Assembly (NCBI GenBank): GCA_035632695.1
Contig: DASQGG010000181.1
Span: 1 to 48,350 of the forward strand
Length of the DNA stretch: 48,350 bases
Direction: 5' to 3'
Source of the DNA: Thermoplasmata archaeon
Lineage (GTDB): Archaea > Thermoplasmatota > Thermoplasmata > RBG-16-68-12
Every line of letters begins with the position of its first letter. Positions within the stretch are counted from its first letter, which is position 1. This document shows positions 32,870 to 40,868 of this stretch, one piece after another. Position numbers and translations under genes: made by a program. Under the pieces are notes generated by a model. The model ran no database searches, was not told the origin of the DNA, and was given only the letters and a program-made list of their open reading frames with translations.

Positions 32870-34642
32870 GTGGTCGACGCGAACTCCATAATGTTCGAGG
32901 TCGGCGTCATCGCCGCGGTGGGGTTCCTCGGCGCTGCGGTCGCGAGCCGCGCCCGCATCTCGGTGGTGATCGGCTACATCGTCGCGGGGATGCTCATCGG
33001 TCCGAACATCCATCTGAACCTCTTCGGCGTCGCCTACAACGGTCTGCTCCTGGACACGGAGTTCGTCCAGTCCATCTCCCAGCTGGGCTTGGTGCTCCTT
33101 CTGTTCTTCGTCGGCCTGGAGTTCAGCATCGCGAAGCTCCGTCGAACGAAGGAGGCCGCCGCCATCCTAGCCGTCACGAACCTCGCCGTGGACATGTTCG
33201 CAGGCTTCGTCATCGGGACCTGGCTCGGGTGGCCCCTCATCGACACGATCTTCATGGCGGGGGTCATCAGCATGTCCAGCTCCGCCATCGCGGCCAAGGC
33301 GCTCATCGATCTGAAGCGCCTGGGGAACGCGGAGACGGAGTTCATCCTGGGGATGGTGATCCTCGAGTCCTTCCTCGCGATGATCATCCTGACCCTGGTC
33401 AACGGCGTGGTCATCTCTTCGGACGGGGCGCCCCTCAACCCGTTGGCGCTCTTCGCCGGGATTGGGATCTTCCTCGGGTTCTTCACGTTCCTCGCGGCGG
33501 TCGTCATCCCGCACACGGTGAAGACGTTCGAGCGGATCAAGAGCGACGAGCTGTTCATCCTGTTCGCCTTGGCCGTCGTCTTCCTGTCCGCGGCTCTCGC
33601 CCAAGCCTTCCGCGTCCCCGCCATCATCGGTGCGTTCTTCATCGGCATGGTCTTCGCGGACACGAAGCTCGCACAACGCCTGAAGACGAAGATGGAGTCC
33701 CTCCGGGACGCGTTCGTGGCCATGTTCTTCCTGAGCTTCGGGATGCTCATCGACCCGAGTTCGCTCCCCGCGGTCCTCCCCATGCTCCTGATCGCGGTCC
33801 CTCTGATCCTCATGAGCGACCTGTTCCTGACCGCGTCCCTGGCCTACATGATCGGCTTCTCGGCCCGGGCCGCGACCGCCATCGGCACGAGCTTCGTCGC
33901 CCGGAACGAGGAAGCGGTTCTGTACGCGACGGTGGGCACGCGGGCCATTAGCAACAACCCGAACCTCTCGAACAACTACGCCGGGACCTACCTCACGCCG
34001 TTCACGGGGATCCTCTGCATCGTGATGAGTTCCCTGGCGCCTTTGCTCATGGTCCGGTCGGACCGACTCGCGCGGTTCTTCTCGAGGCACCTGCCCAAGT
34101 CGATCACGTTCGGCGCCGAGCTGGTCAAGCGCACCCTCCGGACCGTGGTCATGCCCAGCATGCTGCCGATCTACCGCAAGCGGAAGCTGCTCCAGGCCAC
34201 GCTCATCCTCTACTCCGCATGGATCATCGACCTCACGATCACCCACGATCTCGCGCATGCGGTGCTCGCCGTGATGGCGCCTCTCGTAATCTACGCGGTG
34301 TACGGCGCGGCGCGCCGGACCTTCCAGGAGCCCGTGCGCCATACGAACTATGGCGTCAACGGTGGCCCGTTCAGCCGGTCCACGATCGAGTCGTTCGTCC
34401 TGCGCATCGTCGTCGGCACACTCGTCACGATCGCGCTGGTCGCCATCCTCTGGCAGTACTACTGGCCAGCGACCCTCGCCATCCTGTACACGTACTTCCT
34501 GGCGGTCGTCTTCAGCATGAAGGTCGTGTACCGCCGCCTGGGCCTCGGGATGGGACGGCGCCGCCGACCCCTCCGCATCCTTCGCGGCGTGCCCACGACG
34601 CGACGGGGACGCCCCTCAACGAACGGCTTCGGCCGCCGCTGA
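32870..34642 (+). CDS. cation:proton antiporter (CPA2/Kef-type Na_H_exchanger domain) with an extra C-terminal membrane region
   Basis: ~390-aa antiporter core (GYIVAGMLIGPN..., LGLVLLLFFVGLEFS) followed by ~200 aa with further TM segments instead of a KTN/RCK domain. GGAGG lies 8 nt before GTG 32870. ATG 32891 is an alternative start. Confidence 0.85.
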   Translation: MVDANSIMFEVGVIAAVGFLGAAVASRARISVVIGYIVAGMLIGPNIHLNLFGVAYNGLLLDTEFVQSISQLGLVLLLFFVGLEFSIAKLRRTKEAAAILAVTNLAVDMFAGFVIGTWLGWPLIDTIFMAGVISMSSSAIAAKALIDLKRLGNAETEFILGMVILESFLAMIILTLVNGVVISSDGAPLNPLALFAGIGIFLGFFTFLAAVVIPHTVKTFERIKSDELFILFALAVVFLSAALAQAFRVPAIIGAFFIGMVFADTKLAQRLKTKMESLRDAFVAMFFLSFGMLIDPSSLPAVLPMLLIAVPLILMSDLFLTASLAYMIGFSARAATAIGTSFVARNEEAVLYATVGTRAISNNPNLSNNYAGTYLTPFTGILCIVMSSLAPLLMVRSDRLARFFSRHLPKSITFGAELVKRTLRTVVMPSMLPIYRKRKLLQATLILYSAWIIDLTITHDLAHAVLAVMAPLVIYAVYGAARRTFQEPVRHTNYGVNGGPFSRSTIESFVLRIVVGTLVTIALVAILWQYYWPATLAILYTYFLAVVFSMKVVYRRLGLGMGRRRRPLRILRGVPTTRRGRPSTNGFGRR

Positions 34643-35275
34643 TCAGATGACCGGGTACGCCAGGTCCGCGATCCACGTCTCCGCGCCGATCGTCGTGGCG
34701 GGGCCGTGACCCGGGAGGACCTTCGTCTCCGGGGGGAGTTGGGCGAGACGTCGGAGACTCGCCTTCATCTTGGCCGGGCTCCCGCCAAGCGTGTCCGTGC
34801 GGCCGCACGAGCCCGCGAACAGGGTGTCCCCGGAGAACAGGACGCCGTCCCCCTCGTCGTAGAAGCAACAGCTCCCCTCCGTGTGGCCGGGCGTGTGGAG
34901 CGTCTCGAGCGTGACTCCGCCCAGGGTGACCGTGCTCCCCTCCTTGAGGAGTACGTCCGGGGTGACCACTGGGGGCGGAGCGGGAAGAAACCACTTCGCT
35001 TCGTTCGCGTTCCGCGCGAGGCGGTAGGCGTCCACCTCGAAGATGGCCAGCTTGGCGCCCGTCGCCGCCTTCAAGGGTGCGTCGTCGGCCGTGTGGTCGG
35101 GATGCCCGTGGGTGTTCAGCACGTAGAGGATCTTGACGCCGAGTTCCTGGGCCTTGGCCAGGATCTCCCGTGCGCCCAAGCCGACGTCGATCACGGCCGC
35201 CTGGTGGCTCGCCTCGTCGACGACCAGGTACACGTTGTTGTCGAGGGGTGGCACGACCAGGGTCTCGACGTGCAT
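34643..35275 (-). CDS. MBL-fold metallo-hydrolase (glyoxalase II-like)
   Basis: LNTHGHPDHTADD (HxHxDH), TPGHTEGS and GRTD motifs. 210 aa. Confidence 0.9.
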   Translation of the reverse strand: MHVETLVVPPLDNNVYLVVDEASHQAAVIDVGLGAREILAKAQELGVKILYVLNTHGHPDHTADDAPLKAATGAKLAIFEVDAYRLARNANEAKWFLPAPPPVVTPDVLLKEGSTVTLGGVTLETLHTPGHTEGSCCFYDEGDGVLFSGDTLFAGSCGRTDTLGGSPAKMKASLRRLAQLPPETKVLPGHGPATTIGAETWIADLAYPVI

Positions 35276-35300
35276 GCGGCCTCGGCAGGCGAGAGCGTGC

Positions 35301-35310
35301 CATAAAGTTG
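35301..35310 (-). promoter_or_regulatory. TATA-like box (CAACTTTATG on the minus strand) for the MBL hydrolase gene
   Basis: Proximal edge 26 nt from ATG 35275. Confidence 0.45.
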
Positions 35311-35353
35311 CTGCAGTCGGGAAGGCCCAGCGGGCTCGACGGCCTCGGGGCGC

Positions 35354-35363
35354 AAGCTTAAGG
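35354..35363 (+). promoter_or_regulatory. TATA-like box (AAGCTTAAGG) for the zinc-ribbon/Lon-N pair
   Basis: Distal edge 26 nt from ATG 35389. Confidence 0.45.
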
Positions 35364-35388
35364 CGGCCCCGGGCATCGAGAAGACCCC

Positions 35389-35547
35389 ATGACCGTCGGT
35401 GGCATCAACTTCAACTGCCCGCGGTGCAACAACCCGCTGTTCTTCACGTTCAAGCTCGCGGACGAGGGCGATTCCCTGAAGCGGACCGTGGCGTGCCCGG
35501 GATGCGCGACCGCCTGGTCCGTGGGCGTGGACATCCGGCCCCAGTGA
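35389..35547 (+). CDS. 52-aa Cys4 zinc-ribbon microprotein
   Basis: Own translation: MTVGGINFNCPRCNNPLFFTFKLADEGDSLKRTVACPGCATAWSVGVDIRPQ. CPRC...CPGC, high GC3, promoter box at -26. Its TGA overlaps the GTG of the next gene. Below the track's 60-aa cutoff. Confidence 0.6.
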   Translation: MTVGGINFNCPRCNNPLFFTFKLADEGDSLKRTVACPGCATAWSVGVDIRPQ

Positions 35548-36185
35548 AGCCTTATCTCCGCGCGCGGGTTCGCACTCGCGTGCGCATCCCTCTGTTCCCA
35601 CTGCGGGCCGTCCTGTTCCCGGGAGCGACCACGTCCCTGCACGTGTTCGAGCCGCGGTACCGGGAGATGGTGGGCCGATGCCTGGAGCACGAGGAACCGT
35701 TCGGGGTGTGCCTCATCCTCGATGGGGAAGAGGTCGGCGGGCCGGCGACTCCGCACCGCGTCGGAACCTAGGCGGGGATCATCGCCTGCCAGCGCTACCC
35801 GGACGGCCGCTACGACATCGTCGCGGAGGGCCGGCGGCGTTTCGAAATCCTGAATCTCGACCGCACGCGACCCGTCCTCCGCGCGGACGTGCACTTCCTC
35901 GACGAACCCGAGGGCGTCATGGACGAAGGGCTCGCGGACAGCGTCGCAATCCTGTTCCAGAGCACCTTAGCACCGTTCGACCTTGTTGGCCGAGCGACCC
36001 CCGACGCGGCCCCGAATGGACTCGACCCGCGCTCCCTGTCCTACAGGACCGCGTCCGCGCTCCCCGTTAGCGAGGAGGCGAAGCAAGAACTGCTCGAGGT
36101 TCGAGACACCGCCGCACGCCTGCGTCGAATCGCCGAAGCCCTCATGGCGCTGAGCCGGATTGGGGCCGCCGCCGGCGCGGCGTAG
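35544..36185 (+). pseudogene. Lon N-terminal (LON substrate-binding, COG2802-type) domain protein interrupted by one in-frame TAG
   Basis: Track ORFs 35133..35771 and 35889..36185 are in the same frame. RIPLFPLRAVLFPGATTSLHVFEPRYREMV ... HRVGT-TAG(35769..35771)-AGIIACQRYPDGRYDIVAEGRRRFEI. The TAG falls where Lon-N domains have a hydrophobic residue (E. coli Lon VGTVASI). GTG 35544 start. Confidence 0.75.
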
Positions 36186-36825
36186 CTTTCTCGATCTCGC
36201 GCAAGGCGACGAGGATTCCGCGGCGAATCGTCGCGAAGTCCATGGAGGGCTGCCCGGGCTTATCGAGGCTCGCCTCGGGGACCTGGGGCACGTGGATGAA
36301 CCCTGCGGGCCCTTTCTTCCCTTCGGCGGCGAAGGCGTCGAGCAGGGTGAACATCGCGAAGTTGCACAGGTAGGTCCCCGCCGTGTTCGACAGTTCGGCG
36401 GGAACGCCTTCCGTGCGGAGTGCGGCGAGGATCCGACGAACAGGGAGCGTGGAGAGGTAGGCGGCGGGACCGCCCGCGCGGATGGGGCGGTCGCGGTACC
36501 GGCGGCCGCGGTTGTCCGGCACGGTGAAGTCGAGCAGGTTCAGCGCCACGCGTTCCACACTCAGCACGGGACGTCCGGGGGCCACGCCCATCGCGAGGGC
36601 CGCATCCGGGTTCGCCCGGTCGATGAGCCGCCGCAGGGCGCGTCCGGCGGCCTCGACAGCCACAGGGATCTGCGCGCCCACGATCCGCGCACCGCCGATT
36701 CGGCGGCCGTCCAGCTCGCGGGCCAAGACGCCCGTCGGGTTGAACTCGGGCGCGTTGGTGTAGGGGTTGTAACCCGTCAACAGGATCGTGCGGGCCACGC
36801 CGCTGCGATTGGGATTCCGCGACAT
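36142..36825 (-). CDS. pcp: pyrrolidone-carboxylate peptidase (pyroglutamyl peptidase I, C15)
   Basis: ILLTGYNPYTNAPEFNPTG N-terminus, catalytic Cys context AGTYLCNFAMF, and His in FIHVPQ. Confidence 0.9.
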   Translation of the reverse strand: MSRNPNRSGVARTILLTGYNPYTNAPEFNPTGVLARELDGRRIGGARIVGAQIPVAVEAAGRALRRLIDRANPDAALAMGVAPGRPVLSVERVALNLLDFTVPDNRGRRYRDRPIRAGGPAAYLSTLPVRRILAALRTEGVPAELSNTAGTYLCNFAMFTLLDAFAAEGKKGPAGFIHVPQVPEASLDKPGQPSMDFATIRRGILVALREIEKATPRRRRPQSGSAP

Positions 36826-36856
36826 GAGGTTGGCGGTTCCCCGCTCAACGGACCGA

Positions 36857-36927
36857 TGCGAGGCGCGGGAGTTGAACCCGCGTTAGAAGCTTGGGAAGCT
36901 TCTGTCCTACCGTTAGACTAGCCTCGC
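36857..36927 (-). tRNA. tRNA-Gly (anticodon CCC)
   Basis: Folded by hand: GCGAGGC-TA-GTCT-AACGGTA-GGAC-A-GAAGC-TTCCCAA-GCTTC-TAAC-GCGGG-TTCAACT-CCCGC-GCCTCGC-A. 71 nt, all four stems pair, and no CCA is encoded. Confidence 0.92.
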
Positions 36928-36951
36928 GCGCCGCACCCCACATCCGCGCTG

Positions 36952-36961
36952 GTATTTTTCC
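36952..36961 (-). promoter_or_regulatory. TATA-like box (GGAAAAATAC on the minus strand) for tRNA-Gly
   Basis: Proximal edge 25 nt from the mature tRNA 5' end at 36927. Confidence 0.45.
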
Positions 36962-36976
36962 GTTCGCTCGGACAGG

Positions 36977-37672
36977 CTACAGTCCGCCGATGGCAAGGAA
37001 ACCCAGCACGAGCCCGAGAATGACCGGGAGCTCCCCGAGATCAGCAATCATCAATGCGCGCACGAACCCGCGGGCACTGAGGTCCCGCCCTCTATTGGAG
37101 ACCGCGGCGGACACAGGGATGGCCACGCTGGCCACTGCGTACGCCTGAAACGCGGAAACGGCTGAGCCGACGGCTGCCGCCCCGGCCGGAATGCCGCCCT
37201 GGGCGACTCCATGGACATACCGGAATGCGAACACCGCGAGAACCAGGACGAAGACCATGTCCGTGAACGGAATCACGGAAATAGGCAGGACGCGGCCGAA
37301 GTCGGATCCTAGGTAGCTCGAAAGGCGTCCACGCACCACGATGGTCTGTCCGGCGACCGTGCAACACGCTGCGACCGCGGTCGTCACCGATACCCACTGA
37401 AGCAACTGCTCGGCATCCGCCGCGGCGGAGGAGGTCATGCTGTTCAGGGTGTCCACAAAGGGGAGCGACAGGAACCAGAGGGACAGGCCGAAGAGAACGG
37501 GCACGGCGCCGTAGACACTCGCTACGACGATCCGGGAAAACGGCGGAGTCCGACCCCCGGCCAACCAGTCTCGCTGGATCTCTTGGTAGGCCCCGTGGAG
37601 GACGAGGAGCGAGGCAACCCACGCCACCACCGGGACCACGACGAGCAGGAGGAGGGTCTGGGTGGAGTCCAC
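36977..37672 (-). CDS. 6-TM membrane protein of unknown function (three helical hairpins)
   Basis: 231 aa, GTG start, TAG stop. Hairpins 2 and 3 have an Arg-rich polar loop and a buried acidic residue in the second helix (VIPFTDMVFVLVLAVFAF; MIADLGELPVILGLVLGFLAI). Confidence 0.65.
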   Translation of the reverse strand: MDSTQTLLLLVVVPVVAWVASLLVLHGAYQEIQRDWLAGGRTPPFSRIVVASVYGAVPVLFGLSLWFLSLPFVDTLNSMTSSAAADAEQLLQWVSVTTAVAACCTVAGQTIVVRGRLSSYLGSDFGRVLPISVIPFTDMVFVLVLAVFAFRYVHGVAQGGIPAGAAAVGSAVSAFQAYAVASVAIPVSAAVSNRGRDLSARGFVRALMIADLGELPVILGLVLGFLAIGGL

Positions 37673-37694
37673 GGACCCGTATAGGGAGTGGCGG

Positions 37695-37955
37695 TTAAGG
37701 TTTCGTCACGGTCTCCAGCTGGGAGATCACGTTCCAGATCAACGTCCGACCGTGCAGGGGGATGTTCGGGTCGTTCGCGAGGTCATCCATGATCATGATG
37801 GCGCTCGTGACCCTGAGGTCGAGGGCTTCACCTTTCTTCGAGAGTCGGGCCTTCGCGTCGGCAGCCCCGCGGCGAATGTTCCGCGGGACGGAGGTGTCCT
37901 CGGAGATCGAGTCGAGGACGTCCATCACTTGTTTGAGCTTCGTTTCGCTGTCCAT
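37695..37955 (-). CDS. UPF0147 family protein (archaeal)
   Basis: 86 aa. DTSVPRNIRRGAADAKARL and NDPNIPLHGRTLIWNVISQLE match the conserved UPF0147 motifs. GGAGGTG lies 6 nt upstream of the ATG. Confidence 0.85.
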   Translation of the reverse strand: MDSETKLKQVMDVLDSISEDTSVPRNIRRGAADAKARLSKKGEALDLRVTSAIMIMDDLANDPNIPLHGRTLIWNVISQLETVTKP

Positions 37956-37985
37956 GCCACCACCTCCAGGCCCTGACCCTTGCCC

Positions 37986-38306
37986 TCAACTTTGCGACCT
38001 CGTCTTCCCGGCTTCCTTGTAGGTGGTCACCACCATGAGGGTCTTCGTGTCCTTAATCCCCGGAATCGGTGCGAGGTTCGCGAGGACGAAGTCCTTCAGG
38101 CCCTTGTAGTTCTTGAACCGGGCCTTCGCGACGATGTCCGTGTCACCGGTGACCAGGAACACGTCCTGGATCACCTCGAACTTCGCGATCTCCGTGGCGA
38201 TCCGGTCCGCCTCCTTGGTGTCCACCTTCAGGGTAATGACCGCGGCGACCTGATCCTCGCCGTAGAGGGCCGTCAGGGCCTGTTCCATGTCGTTACCCGC
38301 CGCCAT
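37986..38306 (-). CDS. stand-alone Lrp/AsnC ligand-binding (RAM) domain protein
   Basis: AAVITLKVDTKEADRIATEIAKFEVIQDVFLVTGDTDIVAKARFKNYKGLKDFVLANLAPIPGIKDTKTLMVV. ATG 38288 is an alternative start. Confidence 0.8.
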   Translation of the reverse strand: MAAGNDMEQALTALYGEDQVAAVITLKVDTKEADRIATEIAKFEVIQDVFLVTGDTDIVAKARFKNYKGLKDFVLANLAPIPGIKDTKTLMVVTTYKEAGKTRSQS

Positions 38307-38716
38307 TGGAGAAGGGATGGAGGGGGCCGGGTATTAAGGTTTATCTGCTGGGCGTTGCGCCGAATACGTCCTGCTTCGCCGCACGACGAGTCCCTGGGTT
38401 CTCCGGAACAATTTCGCGGGAGAACGCGTCCCACCATTCCCTGGGCTTTCCCGTAGATCGCCGCAAAGGCGATGGCGAGTCCCGTGCCGAACATGAGCAG
38501 ACCGAGCAGGACGAGGAAGAACCCCATCGTGTACGTGAACCCGCCCGACGTCGTGATGGCCTCGGCGGCGCCAGTGACGATCCCGATGGCAATGTAGGCC
38601 GCTGCGACCACGAACCCTGCCAGGCCGAGGACGAAGGTCGGGATCGTGCGCAGGGCGGGCGGCTCCGGTTTGTTCCGTTCCGGCATGGGCAACTCCTCCA
38701 CGAGCTGGAGGGGCAT
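38273..38716 (-). CDS. small membrane protein (2-3 TM), function unknown
   Basis: Hydrophobic core TIPTFVLGLAGFVVAAAYIAIGIV...MGFFLVLLGLLMFGTGLAIAFAAIYG. Start placed at ATG 38716. The last ~60 codons have low GC3, so the true end is doubtful. Confidence 0.5.
   Translation of the reverse strand: MPLQLVEELPMPERNKPEPPALRTIPTFVLGLAGFVVAAAYIAIGIVTGAAEAITTSGGFTYTMGFFLVLLGLLMFGTGLAIAFAAIYGKAQGMVGRVLPRNCSGEPRDSSCGEAGRIRRNAQQINLNTRPPPSLLQWRRVTTWNRP
38331..38344 (-). promoter_or_regulatory. TATA-like box (ATAAACCTTAATAC on the minus strand) for the second RAM gene
   Basis: Proximal edge 25 nt from ATG 38306. Lies inside the non-coding-looking 3' tail of ORF 38273..38758. Confidence 0.45.
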
Positions 38717-38812
38717 GGCGGTCAGCGTAGAACAGGAAGGGGCGCCCGCGAAACCCACTCACGACGAATTCAAGACTTCGTGCGGAGTCGCGCTGCGGGC
38801 GAGAATCCGGCC

Positions 38813-39688
38813 TCATGAGTGCGGAATCCGTGTCCCGCATTTCCGGCAGAACGCATCGTCGCCGAGAAGGGGAGCCCCGCAGGACGGGCAGTTCGTCAGG
38901 ACGGAACGCGTCCCACACTTCCGGCAGAAGGCATCATCGGGTTTCAAGGGCGCGGCGCAACTCGGGCACGCGCGCCCGGCCGAGGCGGCGGGCTTCGGCG
39001 GGCTCGGAGAGGCGAGCGAGGGCGCGGATGGACGGGGCGCGGTGGAGGAAAGGCTGGATGCGGAAACCGTCTCGCCCTTCGCGCTCTTTTCCGCCTGGCG
39101 CGCCACGCTCAGCGCGCCCGAGTAGTCCTCGAGGTCGTATCGCGCCCTCGCGGTGACGAGCAGCGCACGCGCCTGGACAACGTCGCGACCCGCGGCCGCC
39201 CCGGTCTCGATGGAGGCTTCGGCGAGCGAGATCGCGAACTTCGACTGGGCGAGGTTGGGCGGATATTCCTTCTGGAGGCGCTCCTTCGTCGTGGGCTCCT
39301 CGGACTCGGAGGCCGCGGGTGCGGCATTCAGCCGCGCGAGGTCCCCCTGGGTCGACTGCTGAGCGCGGAGCGACACGAGGCGGTCCTTCACGTTCTTGGT
39401 CAGGTCCAGGGCCACCCTGTAGTTGCGTCGGTTGTACGCCATCTGGGCCTCGCGAAGCAGGGAATCCACATCCTCGCTTCGGATCCCGCCGCGGTCCGCC
39501 AAGCTTGCGGCGATCGCTCGGGTCGTGATGAGCGCATTATGGGCCTCGTCCTGGAGTTCCTCGGGCCGGGACGCGATGTGTTCCCTGCGGGATTTCGAGC
39601 GGCGTCGCATGACCCGGAGCTCGAACCACGTGACGACGATCATCACGATCAGGAGGATGACGATGATGGCGGTGGTCGTGTCGTCCAT
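38813..39688 (-). CDS. membrane-anchored protein with two helical repeats and a C-terminal double zinc ribbon
   Basis: N-terminal TM (AIIVILLIVMIVVTWF) and two copies of CPSC(G/A)APL..DDAFCRKCGTR at the C-terminus. 291 aa. Confidence 0.75.
   Translation of the reverse strand: MDDTTTAIIVILLIVMIVVTWFELRVMRRRSKSRREHIASRPEELQDEAHNALITTRAIAASLADRGGIRSEDVDSLLREAQMAYNRRNYRVALDLTKNVKDRLVSLRAQQSTQGDLARLNAAPAASESEEPTTKERLQKEYPPNLAQSKFAISLAEASIETGAAAGRDVVQARALLVTARARYDLEDYSGALSVARQAEKSAKGETVSASSLSSTAPRPSAPSLASPSPPKPAASAGRACPSCAAPLKPDDAFCRKCGTRSVLTNCPSCGAPLLGDDAFCRKCGTRIPHS
38816..38971 (-). repeat. intragenic tandem duplication (2 x 78 nt) encoding the two zinc ribbons
   Basis: Units 38816..38893 and 38894..38971 share ...TTCCGGCAGAA(C/G)GCATC(G/A)TCG... 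and encode CPSCGAPLLGDDAFCRKCGTR / CPSCAAPLKPDDAFCRKCGTR. Confidence 0.8.
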
Positions 39689-39714
39689 GGGCGACTTCGC
39701 CAGCCGGGCAACGC

Positions 39715-39723
39715 CATAAAAGC
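39715..39723 (-). promoter_or_regulatory. TATA-like box (GCTTTTATG on the minus strand)
   Basis: Proximal edge 27 nt from ATG 39688. Confidence 0.45.
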
Positions 39724-39786
39724 ATTTTCCTCCGATAATCTGCGCCCGAAATCAGGCGTGAGAGGGACGGCGGGGTCGGCTGGGGT

Positions 39787-40851
39787 TCAACTCAGGATCT
39801 CGCTGAGCGATCCGCGTTTCTGGGCGATTCGGATCTCTCGGGCAATCCGTCGGCCCGTGGACATCCCCGGCTCGACCAGGTCGGAGTACGGGGAGCCGGA
39901 GATGAAGATGTTCGTGCCCGCGACGATGCGGGAGGAGATTTCGAAAACCTTGAACTCGAGCCGATCCGTGACGATCGTCTCGAGGCAGAACGGTCCGATC
40001 ATCCCGCCGAAGAGCTCCAGGGACTTCTCCACAGTCCGCTCGCCCATCTCGAACGCCTTGGGGAGCAGCGACTCCCGCAACACGACGGGCATGTTCCCCG
40101 TGACCACGAAGGTGGGGTAGATCTCCAGTTCCCGGAGGCGTTCTTGGGCTCCCAGCTTGTACATCTCGTCGATGTTCGCCTCATCCCGCCGGTCGATGCC
40201 GAGCATCTCCAAGGATCCCTTGGAGAGCCGGTACCCGCCGTCCGCGATCGGCGAGTAGAAGAACTGCAGGTAGTACCGAGTGCCCACGACGTACTCCTGG
40301 ATCGCGTACTTCATCCCGGGCTTGATCGCGGCCACGAACTCGTCGTGGTTCTTCGCGATGAACGACCCGCGGCCGCCCTTGGCCCCGTAGTACTTCACGA
40401 ACACGGGGCTGTCGATGTCCTCGGGCCGGGCGATCTTCTTGGGCATGGTCACGCCCGCGGAGGTCAGCCACTCCCGTTGCTTCTCCCGGTCCGACTCCCA
40501 GGAGAGGACGTTCCGATTGCCGAACGAGGGGACGGGGAGTCGCGCGAACGTGTCGGCCCCCATGTACTCCACGAAGGAGCCGTGCGGCACGGTCACCACC
40601 TGTTGGGCGACGAGGTCGCCCGCGTGGTCTGCGATCTCCCGGTAGGAATCCACGATCAAGAATTCGTCGGGCTTCGCGAGCGGGAAGGCGTCATAGAACC
40701 GCGGCTGTTTTCCGATCGCGATGCCGAGGGTCTTGAATCCCTCCTGGCGCGCGCCGTGAAAGATCTGCAGCGAGGAGTGGGAGCAGACGGTCGCGATGAC
40801 GATGTCCCGGTAGTCATCGGCCAGGGACGCGAACGTCTTCCGTGCTACCAT
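39787..40851 (-). CDS. purP: 5-formaminoimidazole-4-carboxamide ribonucleotide (FAICAR) synthetase, archaeal PurP
   Basis: IATVCSHSSLQIFHGARQEGFKT N-terminus, ATP-grasp core (YAIQEYVVGTRYYLQFFYSP) and CLETIVTDRLEFKVFEISSRIVAGTN are characteristic of PurP. Confidence 0.92.
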   Translation of the reverse strand: MVARKTFASLADDYRDIVIATVCSHSSLQIFHGARQEGFKTLGIAIGKQPRFYDAFPLAKPDEFLIVDSYREIADHAGDLVAQQVVTVPHGSFVEYMGADTFARLPVPSFGNRNVLSWESDREKQREWLTSAGVTMPKKIARPEDIDSPVFVKYYGAKGGRGSFIAKNHDEFVAAIKPGMKYAIQEYVVGTRYYLQFFYSPIADGGYRLSKGSLEMLGIDRRDEANIDEMYKLGAQERLRELEIYPTFVVTGNMPVVLRESLLPKAFEMGERTVEKSLELFGGMIGPFCLETIVTDRLEFKVFEISSRIVAGTNIFISGSPYSDLVEPGMSTGRRIAREIRIAQKRGSLSEILS

Positions 40852-40868
40852 TATCGAGCCAATGTCTT

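Noticed and set aside
35769-35771. In-frame TAG codons (here and at 9061..9063) as evidence for pyrrolysine or genome-wide amber reassignment
   Set aside because: TAG is the apparent terminator of at least a dozen well-conserved genes in this window (carA, carB, thrS, guaAB, rtcA, PAC2, bcp, the asnA-like gene, the RHH gene and the IS6 transposase, among others). Their C-termini end where homologues end. No pyl genes or suppressor tRNA are visible. Nonsense mutation or base-call error is the simpler explanation.
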